Shown here one piece after another: positions 51,600 to 60,529 of a DNA stretch of 64,000 nucleotides (the stretch's first letter is position 1; each line of letters starts with the position of its first letter). The stretch is from an uncultured Acidobacteriota bacterium (GTDB lineage: Bacteria > Acidobacteriota > Thermoanaerobaculia > Gp7-AA8). The DNA lies in contig CAWGHO010000001.1 of the NCBI GenBank assembly GCA_963822445.1, forward strand, positions 960,001 through 1,024,000, given 5' to 3'. The position numbers were made by a program, and so were the translations under genes. The notes beneath the pieces are model-generated. The model was not told the DNA's origin and ran no database searches. It saw only the letters and a program-made list of their open reading frames with translations.

Positions 51600-52351
51600 G
51601 AGAGTTGGCGATCGTGCTCGTGCTGGAGGAAGGCGCGGGTGGCCGGATGTTGCGGTCGTGTCAACACTTCGCGGGCGTCGCCCTCTTCGGCGACCTCTCC
51701 TTCCGCGAGGATGACCACGCGCGTTGCGAATTCGCGGGCGAAGTCGTCGTCGTGCGTCGTCACGACCAAAGTACGGCCCTCGGCGGTGAGTTGTCGCAGG
51801 GTCTGGCCCAGCTCGAAGCGCCGCGCGGGATCGAGCGACGCCGTCGGCTCGTCCATGAGCAGCAGAGGCGGATCCATGGCCATGGCCCGGGCGATGGCCA
51901 CGCGCTGGGCCTCCCCGCCGGACAACTCGCGCGGATACGCGTTGCGCCGATGCGCGACGCCGAGCGATTCGAGGAGCTGCGTGGCCTTGCCGTCGGCATC
52001 CTCGCGTGACACCCGCGCGACCTGCACAGGCGCGAGCGTCACGTTGTCCAGCGCGGTCAGGTGCTCGAACAGCGAATGATGTTGAAAGACAAGCCCGACG
52101 CGGCGGCGCAGATCGCGCAGCGTTGCAGGCGACGGCGCACGACCGGAGTGCAGGACGACTCCGTCGACGTCGATCGTGCCGCCGTCGAACGGCTCGAGGG
52201 CCGTGACGGCGCGAAGGACCGTGGTCTTGCCGCCGCCGGAGAGTCCCATCAACGCGACGATCTCTCCGCGTGCGGCGGTGAAGGTGACTCCGCGGAGGAC
52301 TTCGGTCGCCCCGCGATTGAGGCGGAGGTCGTCGACGCGGAGCACGCTCAT
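51596..52351 (-). CDS. Polar amino-acid ABC transporter ATP-binding protein
   Basis: GLSGGGKT, LSGGEAQRVAIARAMAMDP..LLMDEPT. Confidence 0.92.
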   Translation of the reverse strand: MSVLRVDDLRLNRGATEVLRGVTFTAARGEIVALMGLSGGGKTTVLRAVTALEPFDGGTIDVDGVVLHSGRAPSPATLRDLRRRVGLVFQHHSLFEHLTALDNVTLAPVQVARVSREDADGKATQLLESLGVAHRRNAYPRELSGGEAQRVAIARAMAMDPPLLLMDEPTASLDPARRFELGQTLRQLTAEGRTLVVTTHDDDFAREFATRVVILAEGEVAEEGDAREVLTRPQHPATRAFLQHEHDRQLS

Positions 52352-53832
52352 GGGGTCGCTGCCCTCCAGCGCATTTCCAACGCCCGCGCCGCGCGTGCGA
52401 GCGGCAGGGACATGCAGAGGTAGAGCAGCGCGCAGAGGATTCCGGGGATGACCCAGCTTCCGATGTTCGCGGCGAAGATCTGCGTCTGCTTGGTCAGCTC
52501 GACGACGGTGATGACGGAGACGAGCGACGAATCTTTGAGCAGGGCGACGAAGTCGTTGGTCATCGGCGCGAGCGCGAGGCGGAAGGCCTGCGGTCCGCGG
52601 ATGAAGCGGAAGACCTGAAACTCGCTGAGCCCGAGCGTCCGCGCGGCTTCGAGCTGTCCTCGGCCGACGGCTTCCATCGCGCCGCGATAGATCTCGCTCT
52701 CGTACGCCGCGTAGTTGAGTCCCAATCCAACGAGAGCGGCGACGAACGCCGGCAGGCGGATGACCGAGGAAAGGCCGTAATAGATGACGAAGAGCTGCAG
52801 GAGGACCGGCGTGCCGCGGGTGATCTCGACGTACGTCGTGAGAATCGCCCGAACGAGACCGTTTCCGTAGACGCGGCCGGTCGCGACGAGCACGCCGAGG
52901 ACGATGGCCAGGGCCATGGCCAGGCAGGAGAGAACGATGGTGATTGCAGCGGCGCGCAAAAGCGCCGGGAGATAGCGCAAGGTCGCGTTCGCGACCGGTT
53001 GCGGGGTTTCGGGGTTTCGAGGTTGCGGAGTGGTTTCGGGTTCGACGACCTGGGCGAACAACTTTGGCTGGAACTCGTCCCAGATCTCCCACTTTTTGTA
53101 AATCCGCTCGAGCGTTCCGTCCTTCATCCGCGCTTTGAGAATCGCGTTCACTTCGTCGCGGAGCTTCGTGTTTTCTTTGGCGAGGACGGCGATGTAGTGG
53201 CCGGTGGCGATCGGTTTGTCGAAATGCGTGTAGAGGCCGGGCGTGCGGCGCATCGAGCGCATGGCGATGATGTTGTCGAGGAGGACGGCGTCGAGGCGGC
53301 CGGAGACGACGTCTTCGTAGGGATGCACGTCGTCGTCGTACGAAACGGCGGTGATGCCGTGCGTTTTCTCGGCGGCCAGGAGGATGTCGTAGGCGATCGT
53401 GCCGCCGAGGGTGCCGATGCGGCGATTGCGGAGATCGTCGAGGGTCTTGAAACGGTCCTTGTCCGCCTCGCGCACGGTCAGCGCCTCGGTGAACTGGTAG
53501 TACGGAATGGTCGCGGCCAGAGCGGCCCGTCGCGCCGGCGTGTCCTCGACGCCGCTCATGCCGATGTCGAAGTCGCCGCGCTGCACGGACTGATCGATGG
53601 ATGCGAAGGCAACCTGCACGAACTGCGGTTTGCGTCCGAGGCCTTTCGCGATCTCCTCGGCCACCTCGACGTCGAAGCCGGTGACTTTCGAAGGATCGTT
53701 CGGGTCCGCTTCGACGAACGGCGCGCCGCCTTCGGAATCGCCGCCCCAGCGAAGGATCTCCTGCGCGCGCGTGTCAGTTGCGAACAGGAGCAACGCGGCT
53801 GACGCGGCCGTTGCGAATTTCCCAGCCCTCAT
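52348..53832 (-). CDS. Polar amino-acid ABC transporter, fused substrate-binding and permease protein
   Basis: SBP_bac_3-like N-terminus (GFDVEVA); permease motifs YVEITRGTPVLLQL, AAYESEIYRG, GQLEAARTLG and LLKDSSL. Confidence 0.92.
   Translation of the reverse strand: MRAGKFATAASAALLLFATDTRAQEILRWGGDSEGGAPFVEADPNDPSKVTGFDVEVAEEIAKGLGRKPQFVQVAFASIDQSVQRGDFDIGMSGVEDTPARRAALAATIPYYQFTEALTVREADKDRFKTLDDLRNRRIGTLGGTIAYDILLAAEKTHGITAVSYDDDVHPYEDVVSGRLDAVLLDNIIAMRSMRRTPGLYTHFDKPIATGHYIAVLAKENTKLRDEVNAILKARMKDGTLERIYKKWEIWDEFQPKLFAQVVEPETTPQPRNPETPQPVANATLRYLPALLRAAAITIVLSCLAMALAIVLGVLVATGRVYGNGLVRAILTTYVEITRGTPVLLQLFVIYYGLSSVIRLPAFVAALVGLGLNYAAYESEIYRGAMEAVGRGQLEAARTLGLSEFQVFRFIRGPQAFRLALAPMTNDFVALLKDSSLVSVITVVELTKQTQIFAANIGSWVIPGILCALLYLCMSLPLARAARALEMRWRAATP
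52997..53039 (-). repeat. Tandem 8-nt units (CCGMAACC-like) x5 in the linker between binding and permease domains
   Basis: Plus strand ggttgcgg ggtttcgg ggtttcga ggttgcgg agt ggtttcgg; encodes PETTPQPRNPETPQP. Confidence 0.65.
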
Positions 53833-54934
53833 TGAGCGTGAGAGTGTAGCCGTCGCCGCTCGCCGGCACCGTCAGCTTTTTGAAATCGGGCGACATCAGC
53901 GCGCCGCCGGTCACGACAATTTTTCCCCACGTGTCGCGCACTTCCATCGACGGATAGACCGTGCCGTGCTCGCCGAAGGGCTGGACGTTGTTCGGGTCGA
54001 AGGTGAATTGCATCTGATCGAATTCGATGAGCAGCACCGGACCGTCGATGAATTTCGCCTGCAGCTCGGCGAACATCTTCCGCTTCTTCTCGGCCCGTGC
54101 ATCTTCGTCGGCACGTACGACTGCGCCGTCGTACTTTTCAGGATGGAGCGGCGTGTCGGCGATCTTCCAGGCGCGACGCGCGAGCTCGCCGAGGTCGTCC
54201 GCCGCTTTGACGCGGCGGGTCCAGTGCCGATCGCGCGTCTCGATGAGCGCGCCCCACGCCGCGCCGCTGACGTACGCGAACGAACGCGCGAGACGCTCGC
54301 TCCTGTCCGCGGAATTGAGCCGGCGCACGAGCGGGGCGATGCGCTCGGCGAGCTGTGGAATGGCCATGGCGTAGCCGGTGTGCTCGCTGAGGCCTTCGTT
54401 CATCTCCAGCAACCGCTCTTCTTCTGCGGCTCGAGGAAACAGCGATCGGCGCTGCGCGCGAAACGCAAGCGCATCCGCGACGGCATCCGCATCGCCGGTC
54501 GCGAGCGCCCGCGCCAGCGCGCGGAATTCGAGGCGCATCCAGTAACGCGCGTCGGCGGTGTCGAGATGCGCGTTCGCGGGATTCGAGCTCGGCAGGCCGA
54601 GGGCGGGTTGCAGGCGATGGAAGGACTCGTGCGCGAGCAGAGTGCGGCGCGAGATCACGTTCTCCGGCAGAGGCCACATCACCATCGTCCAGCGCTTGCC
54701 ATTCCACTCGACCGCGGTGTTGGCGATGCCAATGGAGTCGGGAATCGTGGCCGGTCCTTCCTTCGTCATGGCCTCGCGCGTGCGCGGGTCGGCGAAGACC
54801 AGCGGACCGCACAGCGAGCGGCCCCACAACCGTCCGTTGTCGCGCGCACACATCGCTTCGAGCTCGGTGAAGGCGCGCTGCGCGCTGCCAACGTCGATGG
54901 ACGCGAGAAGAGCAACCGCGAGCAGTGCCTGCAT
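53774..54934 (-). CDS. Secreted hypothetical protein with HExxH and NEG motifs (possible gluzincin-like metallopeptidase)
   Basis: Signal peptide; LLAHESFHRLQ; downstream MNEGLSEH. Confidence 0.65.
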   Translation of the reverse strand: MQALLAVALLASIDVGSAQRAFTELEAMCARDNGRLWGRSLCGPLVFADPRTREAMTKEGPATIPDSIGIANTAVEWNGKRWTMVMWPLPENVISRRTLLAHESFHRLQPALGLPSSNPANAHLDTADARYWMRLEFRALARALATGDADAVADALAFRAQRRSLFPRAAEEERLLEMNEGLSEHTGYAMAIPQLAERIAPLVRRLNSADRSERLARSFAYVSGAAWGALIETRDRHWTRRVKAADDLGELARRAWKIADTPLHPEKYDGAVVRADEDARAEKKRKMFAELQAKFIDGPVLLIEFDQMQFTFDPNNVQPFGEHGTVYPSMEVRDTWGKIVVTGGALMSPDFKKLTVPASGDGYTLTLNEGWEIRNGRVSRVAPVRN

Positions 54935-54967
54935 GGCGATTGGACGATGGCTCGCGGCCGAGGTTAC

Positions 54968-55028
54968 GTGTGGTGCAGGCCTCCGGTCTGCCCTTGGGCG
55001 GGAGGCAGGCCAGAGGCCCGCACCACAC
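54968..55028. repeat. REP-like palindrome, copy 2
   Basis: GTGTGGTGCAGGCCTCCGGTCTGCC ... GGCAGGCCAGAGGCCCGCACCACAC; same family as 28454-28519. Confidence 0.85.
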
Positions 55029-55043
55029 CGATACACTACCCCC

Positions 55044-55802
55044 ATGGAACTGCCCGACCTCCGGCTCGCGCTCGAGCTGGCTGAAGCCGCCGACGAGATC
55101 ACCATGAAGCACTTCCGCCTGGCTTCACTGGAAGTGCGCACGAAATCCGACGCGTCGCCGGTCACCGAAGCCGACGAGGCCGTGGAGCGCATGATCCGCG
55201 ACCGCCTCTCGCGCGAGCGCCCCGACGACGGCATCCTCGGCGAGGAATTCGGAACGTCCGGCAGTGCCGCGCGGCGCTGGATCATCGACCCGATCGACGC
55301 CACGAAGAACTACATCCGCGGCATCCCCATCTTCGCCACGCTGATCGGGCTCGAGGAAAACGGCCAGATCGTCACCGGCGTCGTCTCCGCCCCCGCCCTC
55401 GGCCGCCGCTGGTCGGCATCGAAGGGCAATGGCGCGTTCTGCAACGGCATGGCCATTCGCGTCTCCGAGGCAGCCACGCTCGAGGAAGCGCAAATCGGCT
55501 ACGACGGTCCCACGGACTTTGATCCGTTCGAAACGACGGACAACTTCATGAAGCTCGTCCGCCGCTGCGGCCGTGCGCGCGGATTCGGCGACTTCTGGAT
55601 TCACATGCTCGTCGCCGAAGGGGCCATCGACATCGCCATCGAGCCGCGCGTCGCACCGTGGGACATGGCCGCGGTGCAGGTGATCGTCGAAGAAGCCGGC
55701 GGCCGTTTCAGCGATCTGCGCGGCGACGCTCGTTACGATGGCGGCAACGCGCTCTCGACGAACGGGGCGCTGCACGGTGCGGTGCTGGAGCACTTCCGAT
55801 GA
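55044..55802 (+). CDS. Inositol monophosphatase family protein, probable histidinol-phosphate phosphatase (HisN-type)
   Basis: SPVTEAD, GEEFG, WIIDPIDATKNY.RG and PWDMAA..IVEEAGG. Confidence 0.85.
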   Translation: MELPDLRLALELAEAADEITMKHFRLASLEVRTKSDASPVTEADEAVERMIRDRLSRERPDDGILGEEFGTSGSAARRWIIDPIDATKNYIRGIPIFATLIGLEENGQIVTGVVSAPALGRRWSASKGNGAFCNGMAIRVSEAATLEEAQIGYDGPTDFDPFETTDNFMKLVRRCGRARGFGDFWIHMLVAEGAIDIAIEPRVAPWDMAAVQVIVEEAGGRFSDLRGDARYDGGNALSTNGALHGAVLEHFR

Positions 55803-56368
55803 CCGAACAGGTGATGGTCGTGGAGCGCGAGCACATCGCGGACTATCTCGTGGAACGCGGTCTGATCACCGAGCACACGGAAGTCCTGCTCGACACGATT
55901 TACGACCGCCACTTTTTCATCGATCGCCCGACGGCCGAGGTTTCGCCGCAGTACAAGCAGATCATCCCGTACGTGCTGATCCGTCGCGGGCAGTCGTGGT
56001 ACCTGCTGCAGCGCACGCAGAAGCAGACCGAGGCCCGTCTCCATCACAAGCTCTCCCTCGGCATCGGCGGTCACATCAACCCCGACACGCCGGACCTCAT
56101 CGACGGACTACAGAAAGAGTTGGAAGAAGAAGTCGGCGTGAGCGGCGACTACGAGCTGACATTCATCGGTATCCTCAACGACGACACCACCGAGGTCGGC
56201 AGCGTGCACCTCGGCGCGGTGTTCGTGCTCGATCTGGAGCAGGGGGACGTCGAAGTGCGCGAGACGGAAAAGATGAGCGGGCGGTGGGTGGCGCACGACG
56301 AGCTGGCGTCGCTGCGCGAGCAGATGGAGACGTGGACGCAGATCGTTTATGACGAGTACGTGGCATGA
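55799..56368 (+). CDS. NUDIX-fold protein (YmaB-like)
   Basis: YKQIIPY, EARLH.KLSLGIGGHIN, ELEEEV and INDD-like segment LNDDTTEVGSVHLG. Confidence 0.8.
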   Translation: MTEQVMVVEREHIADYLVERGLITEHTEVLLDTIYDRHFFIDRPTAEVSPQYKQIIPYVLIRRGQSWYLLQRTQKQTEARLHHKLSLGIGGHINPDTPDLIDGLQKELEEEVGVSGDYELTFIGILNDDTTEVGSVHLGAVFVLDLEQGDVEVRETEKMSGRWVAHDELASLREQMETWTQIVYDEYVA

Positions 56369-56889
56369 CGGACAACATCCTCTGGCGCTGGCTCGATCGT
56401 GAAGGCCACGAAGCGGCGAAGCTCGACGGCCGCATGCTGCGCGGCGCGGCGGCGCTGAAGAACGGCGGCGACGGATGCGCTCTCGTCTACACGATCATTT
56501 GCGATGACCAGTGGCATACCCGGAGCGCGCAGGTCGGCGGCTTCGTCGGCGAACGCGATCTCACGATCCAGATCAGCGCGGAGAACGGCCGCTGGACGAT
56601 GAACGGCGAGCACGTCCCGGCGGTCGATGGCTGCATCGACATCGATCTGAATTTCAGCCCATCCACGAACCTCTTGCCGATTCGCCGATTGAACTTGAGC
56701 GTCGGGGAGGAGGCGAGCGTCCGCGCGGCATGGCTGCGTTTTCCCACGTTCACGCTCGAGCCGCTCGATCAGAGTTACCGCCGTCTCACCGAGAACACCT
56801 ACCGATACAAAAGCGCCTCGTTCACCGCGGAGATCACGGTGAACGAGGCGGGGTTGGTGCTCGAGTACGGCGTCTGGAAAGCGGTTTAG
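56365..56889 (+). CDS. Putative glycolipid-binding domain protein
   Basis: GCIDIDLNFSPSTNLLPIRRL, LEPLDQSYRRL and F.AEI.V.E.GLV..Y. Confidence 0.8.
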   Translation: MTDNILWRWLDREGHEAAKLDGRMLRGAAALKNGGDGCALVYTIICDDQWHTRSAQVGGFVGERDLTIQISAENGRWTMNGEHVPAVDGCIDIDLNFSPSTNLLPIRRLNLSVGEEASVRAAWLRFPTFTLEPLDQSYRRLTENTYRYKSASFTAEITVNEAGLVLEYGVWKAV

Positions 56890-59800
56890 CGGCCGGCGAA
56901 GAACACCGGGTCGCCGGAGAGGTTGTCGACCATCGAGCCGTAGGCGAAGAGCTTCGCGTTGCCGTCGCCGCGCAGAGCGAGCGTGAAGTTGCCGGTCGAC
57001 TGCGAGAGGTTCGGGAACAGGCTGCTGATCGAAGCCTGGGCCTGGCCGCCCGCGGCGAGCGTGTACTGCGTCGACGCGAGCTCGGTTCCGGACGGCGAGA
57101 GCACGATCACCGAGAACGTCTCGGTAGCACCGCCGCCGTTCACGAAGCCGACGTTCGAGCGATAGCTGCCGTCGGAGCGCAGGCCGGGCACGAACACTTC
57201 GTTCGCGAAGGACGCGACCGGGTCGATCGACTGGCCGAACGTGCCATGAGTCTCGGTGGAGGTGTAGGTGCGGCTGGTGACGATGGGACCGGTGTCGCCG
57301 TTGGTCCAGGTCATGGTCAACGCGCCCTGGCCCGAGGTCAGACCGAACTCGGAGAGCACGTCATCGAGGACGGCGGTGTCGCGCGAGCCGAGAGCAAACG
57401 ACTTCGTGTCGCCGCCGTAGCCGACAGTCAGAGTCAGGCTGCCGGACGTCGGATTGAAGACCGAGACGTCGCTGCGCCAGAACGTGCCGTTTGCGCCGGG
57501 CGAGCGGCCGACGATGGGAAGGGTCAGCGATCCGTCCGTCGACGTCGGCACGGCCTGCACGTAAATCGGATCCTGCGTGTCGTTGTCGATCACGGACGCG
57601 TACGCGCTGATCGAATCCGCCGACGCGGCCACGAGCCGCATCGAGAGCACGTCGTACGACCGATCGGCGATGTCGGGGAAGAACGACGCCAGCGGTGCCT
57701 GCTGGAAGTTGTGCGCCGGCACGGTGACGTTCGCCGTGCCGAGGATCGTGCCGTTGGGGCTGTAGAGCGTGAGCGTGGTGGCCATGTCCGACGCGCCGCG
57801 GTTCACGAGCCCAACGTTCGTGCGGAAGCGCGCGTTCGACTGCATGCCGGTGATGTAGAGCGTCTTGTCGAGCGAGACCACGTCCGGTACGGCCTGACCG
57901 TACGTGCCGCGCGAGCCGTTGGTGTAGGTGCGGCTGCTGACGCGAAGCTGCGCGCTCGTGCTGGCGCTGGTGGCCTCGATGGCCACCGCTCCGGCGCCGT
58001 TGGGAACGCCGAACAGCTCGAGGAGCGTGTTCGCGTACGTAACGGACTGATTGGGCGACAGGAAGATGTCGCGCGAGATCGCAGTGCCGCCCGCGCCGGG
58101 GATGAAGAGCAGGGTCACGTTCGCGCCCTGCGTACCGGCGTTGAAGACGCTCAGCTCCGTGCGCCAGGCCGTCCCGCCGACGCCGTTCGTCTGCGTGGTC
58201 ACCGAGACCAGCGAGCGATGCGGCGTGTTCGCGGTAACGGAAACCTGCTTCGAGATCGTGCCCGAGTTGGCGCCGTTCGACGCGGTCAGGCTGACGGTGT
58301 ACGTGCCCGGCGACGCGAAGGTGATGGCCGGATTCCGCGAGGTGGACGTGCGTCCGTCGCCGAACGACCACGACCATTGCGTCGGGTCGCCGGTCGAGCG
58401 ATCGGTGAAGCTCACGCTCGAGCCGACCGTCGGCCTCGCCGGCGAGAAGTCGAAGTCGGCGACGACAGGCGGCGTGACCGGCGCGGGATTGTTCACGGTG
58501 ATGGTCTTCGTGACCGTCGCCGACTCGGCATTGCGGAACACAGTCAGGGTGACGGTGTAGGTCGACGCGGTCGAGTAGCTCTTCGACGGATTCTGGCCGT
58601 TCGCAGTCTGGCCGTCGCCGAACACCCAGCGCCACGAGGTCACACCGCCCGTCGATTCATCGACGAAGTTGACGGTGTCGTTCGTGGTCGGATTCGCCGG
58701 CGTGAAGCTGAACGCGGCCTCGAGCGGGCCGGTGACGTTGATGGTCTGCGAGGTTTCGAGCGTGCTTCCGCCGCCGGTCACGGTCAGCGTGACGGTGTAG
58801 CGGCCGGACCGCGCGTAAATCTTGTTCGCGACGGCGGCCGTCGAGGTCGTGCCATCGCCGAAGTTCCAGAGCCGCGAGGAAGCGCCGCGCGATTCGTCGT
58901 AGAACGTGAAGGTCGTGACGCCGGCCGTTCCCGTTTGCGGCGTGAAGCTGAAGCCGACGGTGAGCGTCGTGCCGGTGATGGTGACCGTGGCGGTGTTCGA
59001 CTGTCCCGAGGCGCCATTCGCGTTGAATGCCGTGACGTAGAGGCGATGCGTGCCCGCGCCGATGCCGTTCAGCGTCGCGCGGGTCGAGTTCGCGGCGACG
59101 TCGGTGACCTTCGTGAAGGCGGCGTTGTTCGTCGACAGATAGATGGAGAAGCCGGTCTCGTTGTTGGAGTTGTCGAACCATTCCACGGTGATGGAGCTGG
59201 CCGAGGATGTGGCACCGACTCCCGACGGCGCGGCCGGCACCTGCGGTGGCGGCGGCGTAACGCTGCCGTTCGGATAGAGCCAGCGCGCGGCGATCTGATC
59301 GTCTTCCTTCAGCGAAGGACCGCGGCCGGTGACGTTCGCGTACATGAGCGCCGTTGCATCGGGGCTGTGTCCGAATCCGAGGGTGTGGCCGAATTCGTGG
59401 GAGATGATTTCGGCGAGACGGCTCGAGCCGATGCCGTTCGTTGGCGTCACGCCGTCCTGAATGGTCAGGTTTCCTTCGATGATGCTGACCGCGCGCATCG
59501 TTCCCTGCGGATGCGCCGCATCGAAGGCAAACGGCGAGGTCCAGTTTGCGCTCCCGCTGATGCCGTTGAATCCGCCCGTGCCGACCACGCCGCCCGCTCC
59601 ACGCGAAAAGGTCCCGGCAATCTCGCTGAGCGGATCGTCGAAGAGCACTTCATTGGCGCTGTTGCGGCTGGACAGTCCGCCGAACGAGCCGCTGCGCGTT
59701 CCGGCGTAGTTGTAGAGGATTTTGGCCTGCTCGTAACTGGTCCAGGCTTCCATCGCCGTCCGCAGCTCGTTGACGCCGCCGCCGGTGTAGCCGGTCTGCG

Positions 59801-60500
59801 TTCCGCCGCTGTACCAGTTCGCGGTGTTGCCGCTGTCGAACATCGCCCAGCGGTAAACGGTCGGCTCGGAGAGCAGGGTGAAGTTCGATTCGATGCCGCG
59901 GCCGGAGGTCTCGCGCGCGAGCACGGGGTTGGCGATGCCGTAGTTCTTGAGACCTTCGCGGCCGGCGACGCGCTCCTTGATGAACTGCTCGAACTTCGTC
60001 GCTTCGCGCTGCACGTTCGCGGCGACGATCGGCTGGAAGTCGTGATCGAGAAGTGTGACCGGCTCCGCGGCGTCGTTCCGCAGCCAGAGCTGGCGGCCAT
60101 CGGTCATCGCGGCCCTGACGAACTTGCCGACGAAGAGATCCATCGTGCGATAGCCGCCCTGCGGCGCCGGCTCGAGAAAGAGCAGCACGCGCTCGCCGTC
60201 TTTGAATTCAGGCGTTCCGAAGACTCTCGTGATTTTTCCGTTCAGCTCGCCGCCGATCTCGCGGACGACGATGGTGGTTTCGGCAGTGCCCTTCAGCGTG
60301 CGCTCGACGGCGACCACGGTCTCCGTCCAGATCCGTCCGTCGCGCTCGATGGCTGACGTGGAAACGACGCGCCCTTCGACGATGACCGGTGTCTTGCCGA
60401 TGAGCTGCTCGTCGGCGGGCATGACGATGGTCGTCGCGTTAGCGAGCGCGGCAAACAGGAAAAGGGCACACGTCAGCCCGTACACCTTGAATCGTTTCAA
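56886..60500 (-). CDS. Secreted matrixin-like metalloprotease with FN3, three PKD domains and a duplicated C-terminal module
   Basis: Signal peptide; HEFGHTLGFGHS plus Met-turn ALMY; three W.FGDG PKD repeats; two copies of the (W)RT/SD.SVFN...SRTYT...GT.GQ...R.NVG.VN...DN...DP module. Confidence 0.88.
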   Translation of the reverse strand: MKRFKVYGLTCALFLFAALANATTIVMPADEQLIGKTPVIVEGRVVSTSAIERDGRIWTETVVAVERTLKGTAETTIVVREIGGELNGKITRVFGTPEFKDGERVLLFLEPAPQGGYRTMDLFVGKFVRAAMTDGRQLWLRNDAAEPVTLLDHDFQPIVAANVQREATKFEQFIKERVAGREGLKNYGIANPVLARETSGRGIESNFTLLSEPTVYRWAMFDSGNTANWYSGGTQTGYTGGGVNELRTAMEAWTSYEQAKILYNYAGTRSGSFGGLSSRNSANEVLFDDPLSEIAGTFSRGAGGVVGTGGFNGISGSANWTSPFAFDAAHPQGTMRAVSIIEGNLTIQDGVTPTNGIGSSRLAEIISHEFGHTLGFGHSPDATALMYANVTGRGPSLKEDDQIAARWLYPNGSVTPPPPQVPAAPSGVGATSSASSITVEWFDNSNNETGFSIYLSTNNAAFTKVTDVAANSTRATLNGIGAGTHRLYVTAFNANGASGQSNTATVTITGTTLTVGFSFTPQTGTAGVTTFTFYDESRGASSRLWNFGDGTTSTAAVANKIYARSGRYTVTLTVTGGGSTLETSQTINVTGPLEAAFSFTPANPTTNDTVNFVDESTGGVTSWRWVFGDGQTANGQNPSKSYSTASTYTVTLTVFRNAESATVTKTITVNNPAPVTPPVVADFDFSPARPTVGSSVSFTDRSTGDPTQWSWSFGDGRTSTSRNPAITFASPGTYTVSLTASNGANSGTISKQVSVTANTPHRSLVSVTTQTNGVGGTAWRTELSVFNAGTQGANVTLLFIPGAGGTAISRDIFLSPNQSVTYANTLLELFGVPNGAGAVAIEATSASTSAQLRVSSRTYTNGSRGTYGQAVPDVVSLDKTLYITGMQSNARFRTNVGLVNRGASDMATTLTLYSPNGTILGTANVTVPAHNFQQAPLASFFPDIADRSYDVLSMRLVAASADSISAYASVIDNDTQDPIYVQAVPTSTDGSLTLPIVGRSPGANGTFWRSDVSVFNPTSGSLTLTVGYGGDTKSFALGSRDTAVLDDVLSEFGLTSGQGALTMTWTNGDTGPIVTSRTYTSTETHGTFGQSIDPVASFANEVFVPGLRSDGSYRSNVGFVNGGGATETFSVIVLSPSGTELASTQYTLAAGGQAQASISSLFPNLSQSTGNFTLALRGDGNAKLFAYGSMVDNLSGDPVFFAGR

Positions 60501-60529
60501 CTGGTCTGGCCTCCCGAAAGTTATTCGGT

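Noticed and set aside
56511-60356. 1281-aa plus-strand ORF and other long antisense ORFs (e.g. 15816-18137, 43317-45581, 23456-25315)
   Set aside because: Shadow ORFs opposite motif-bearing genes in high-GC DNA; Arg/Ala/Gly-rich with no recognisable domains.
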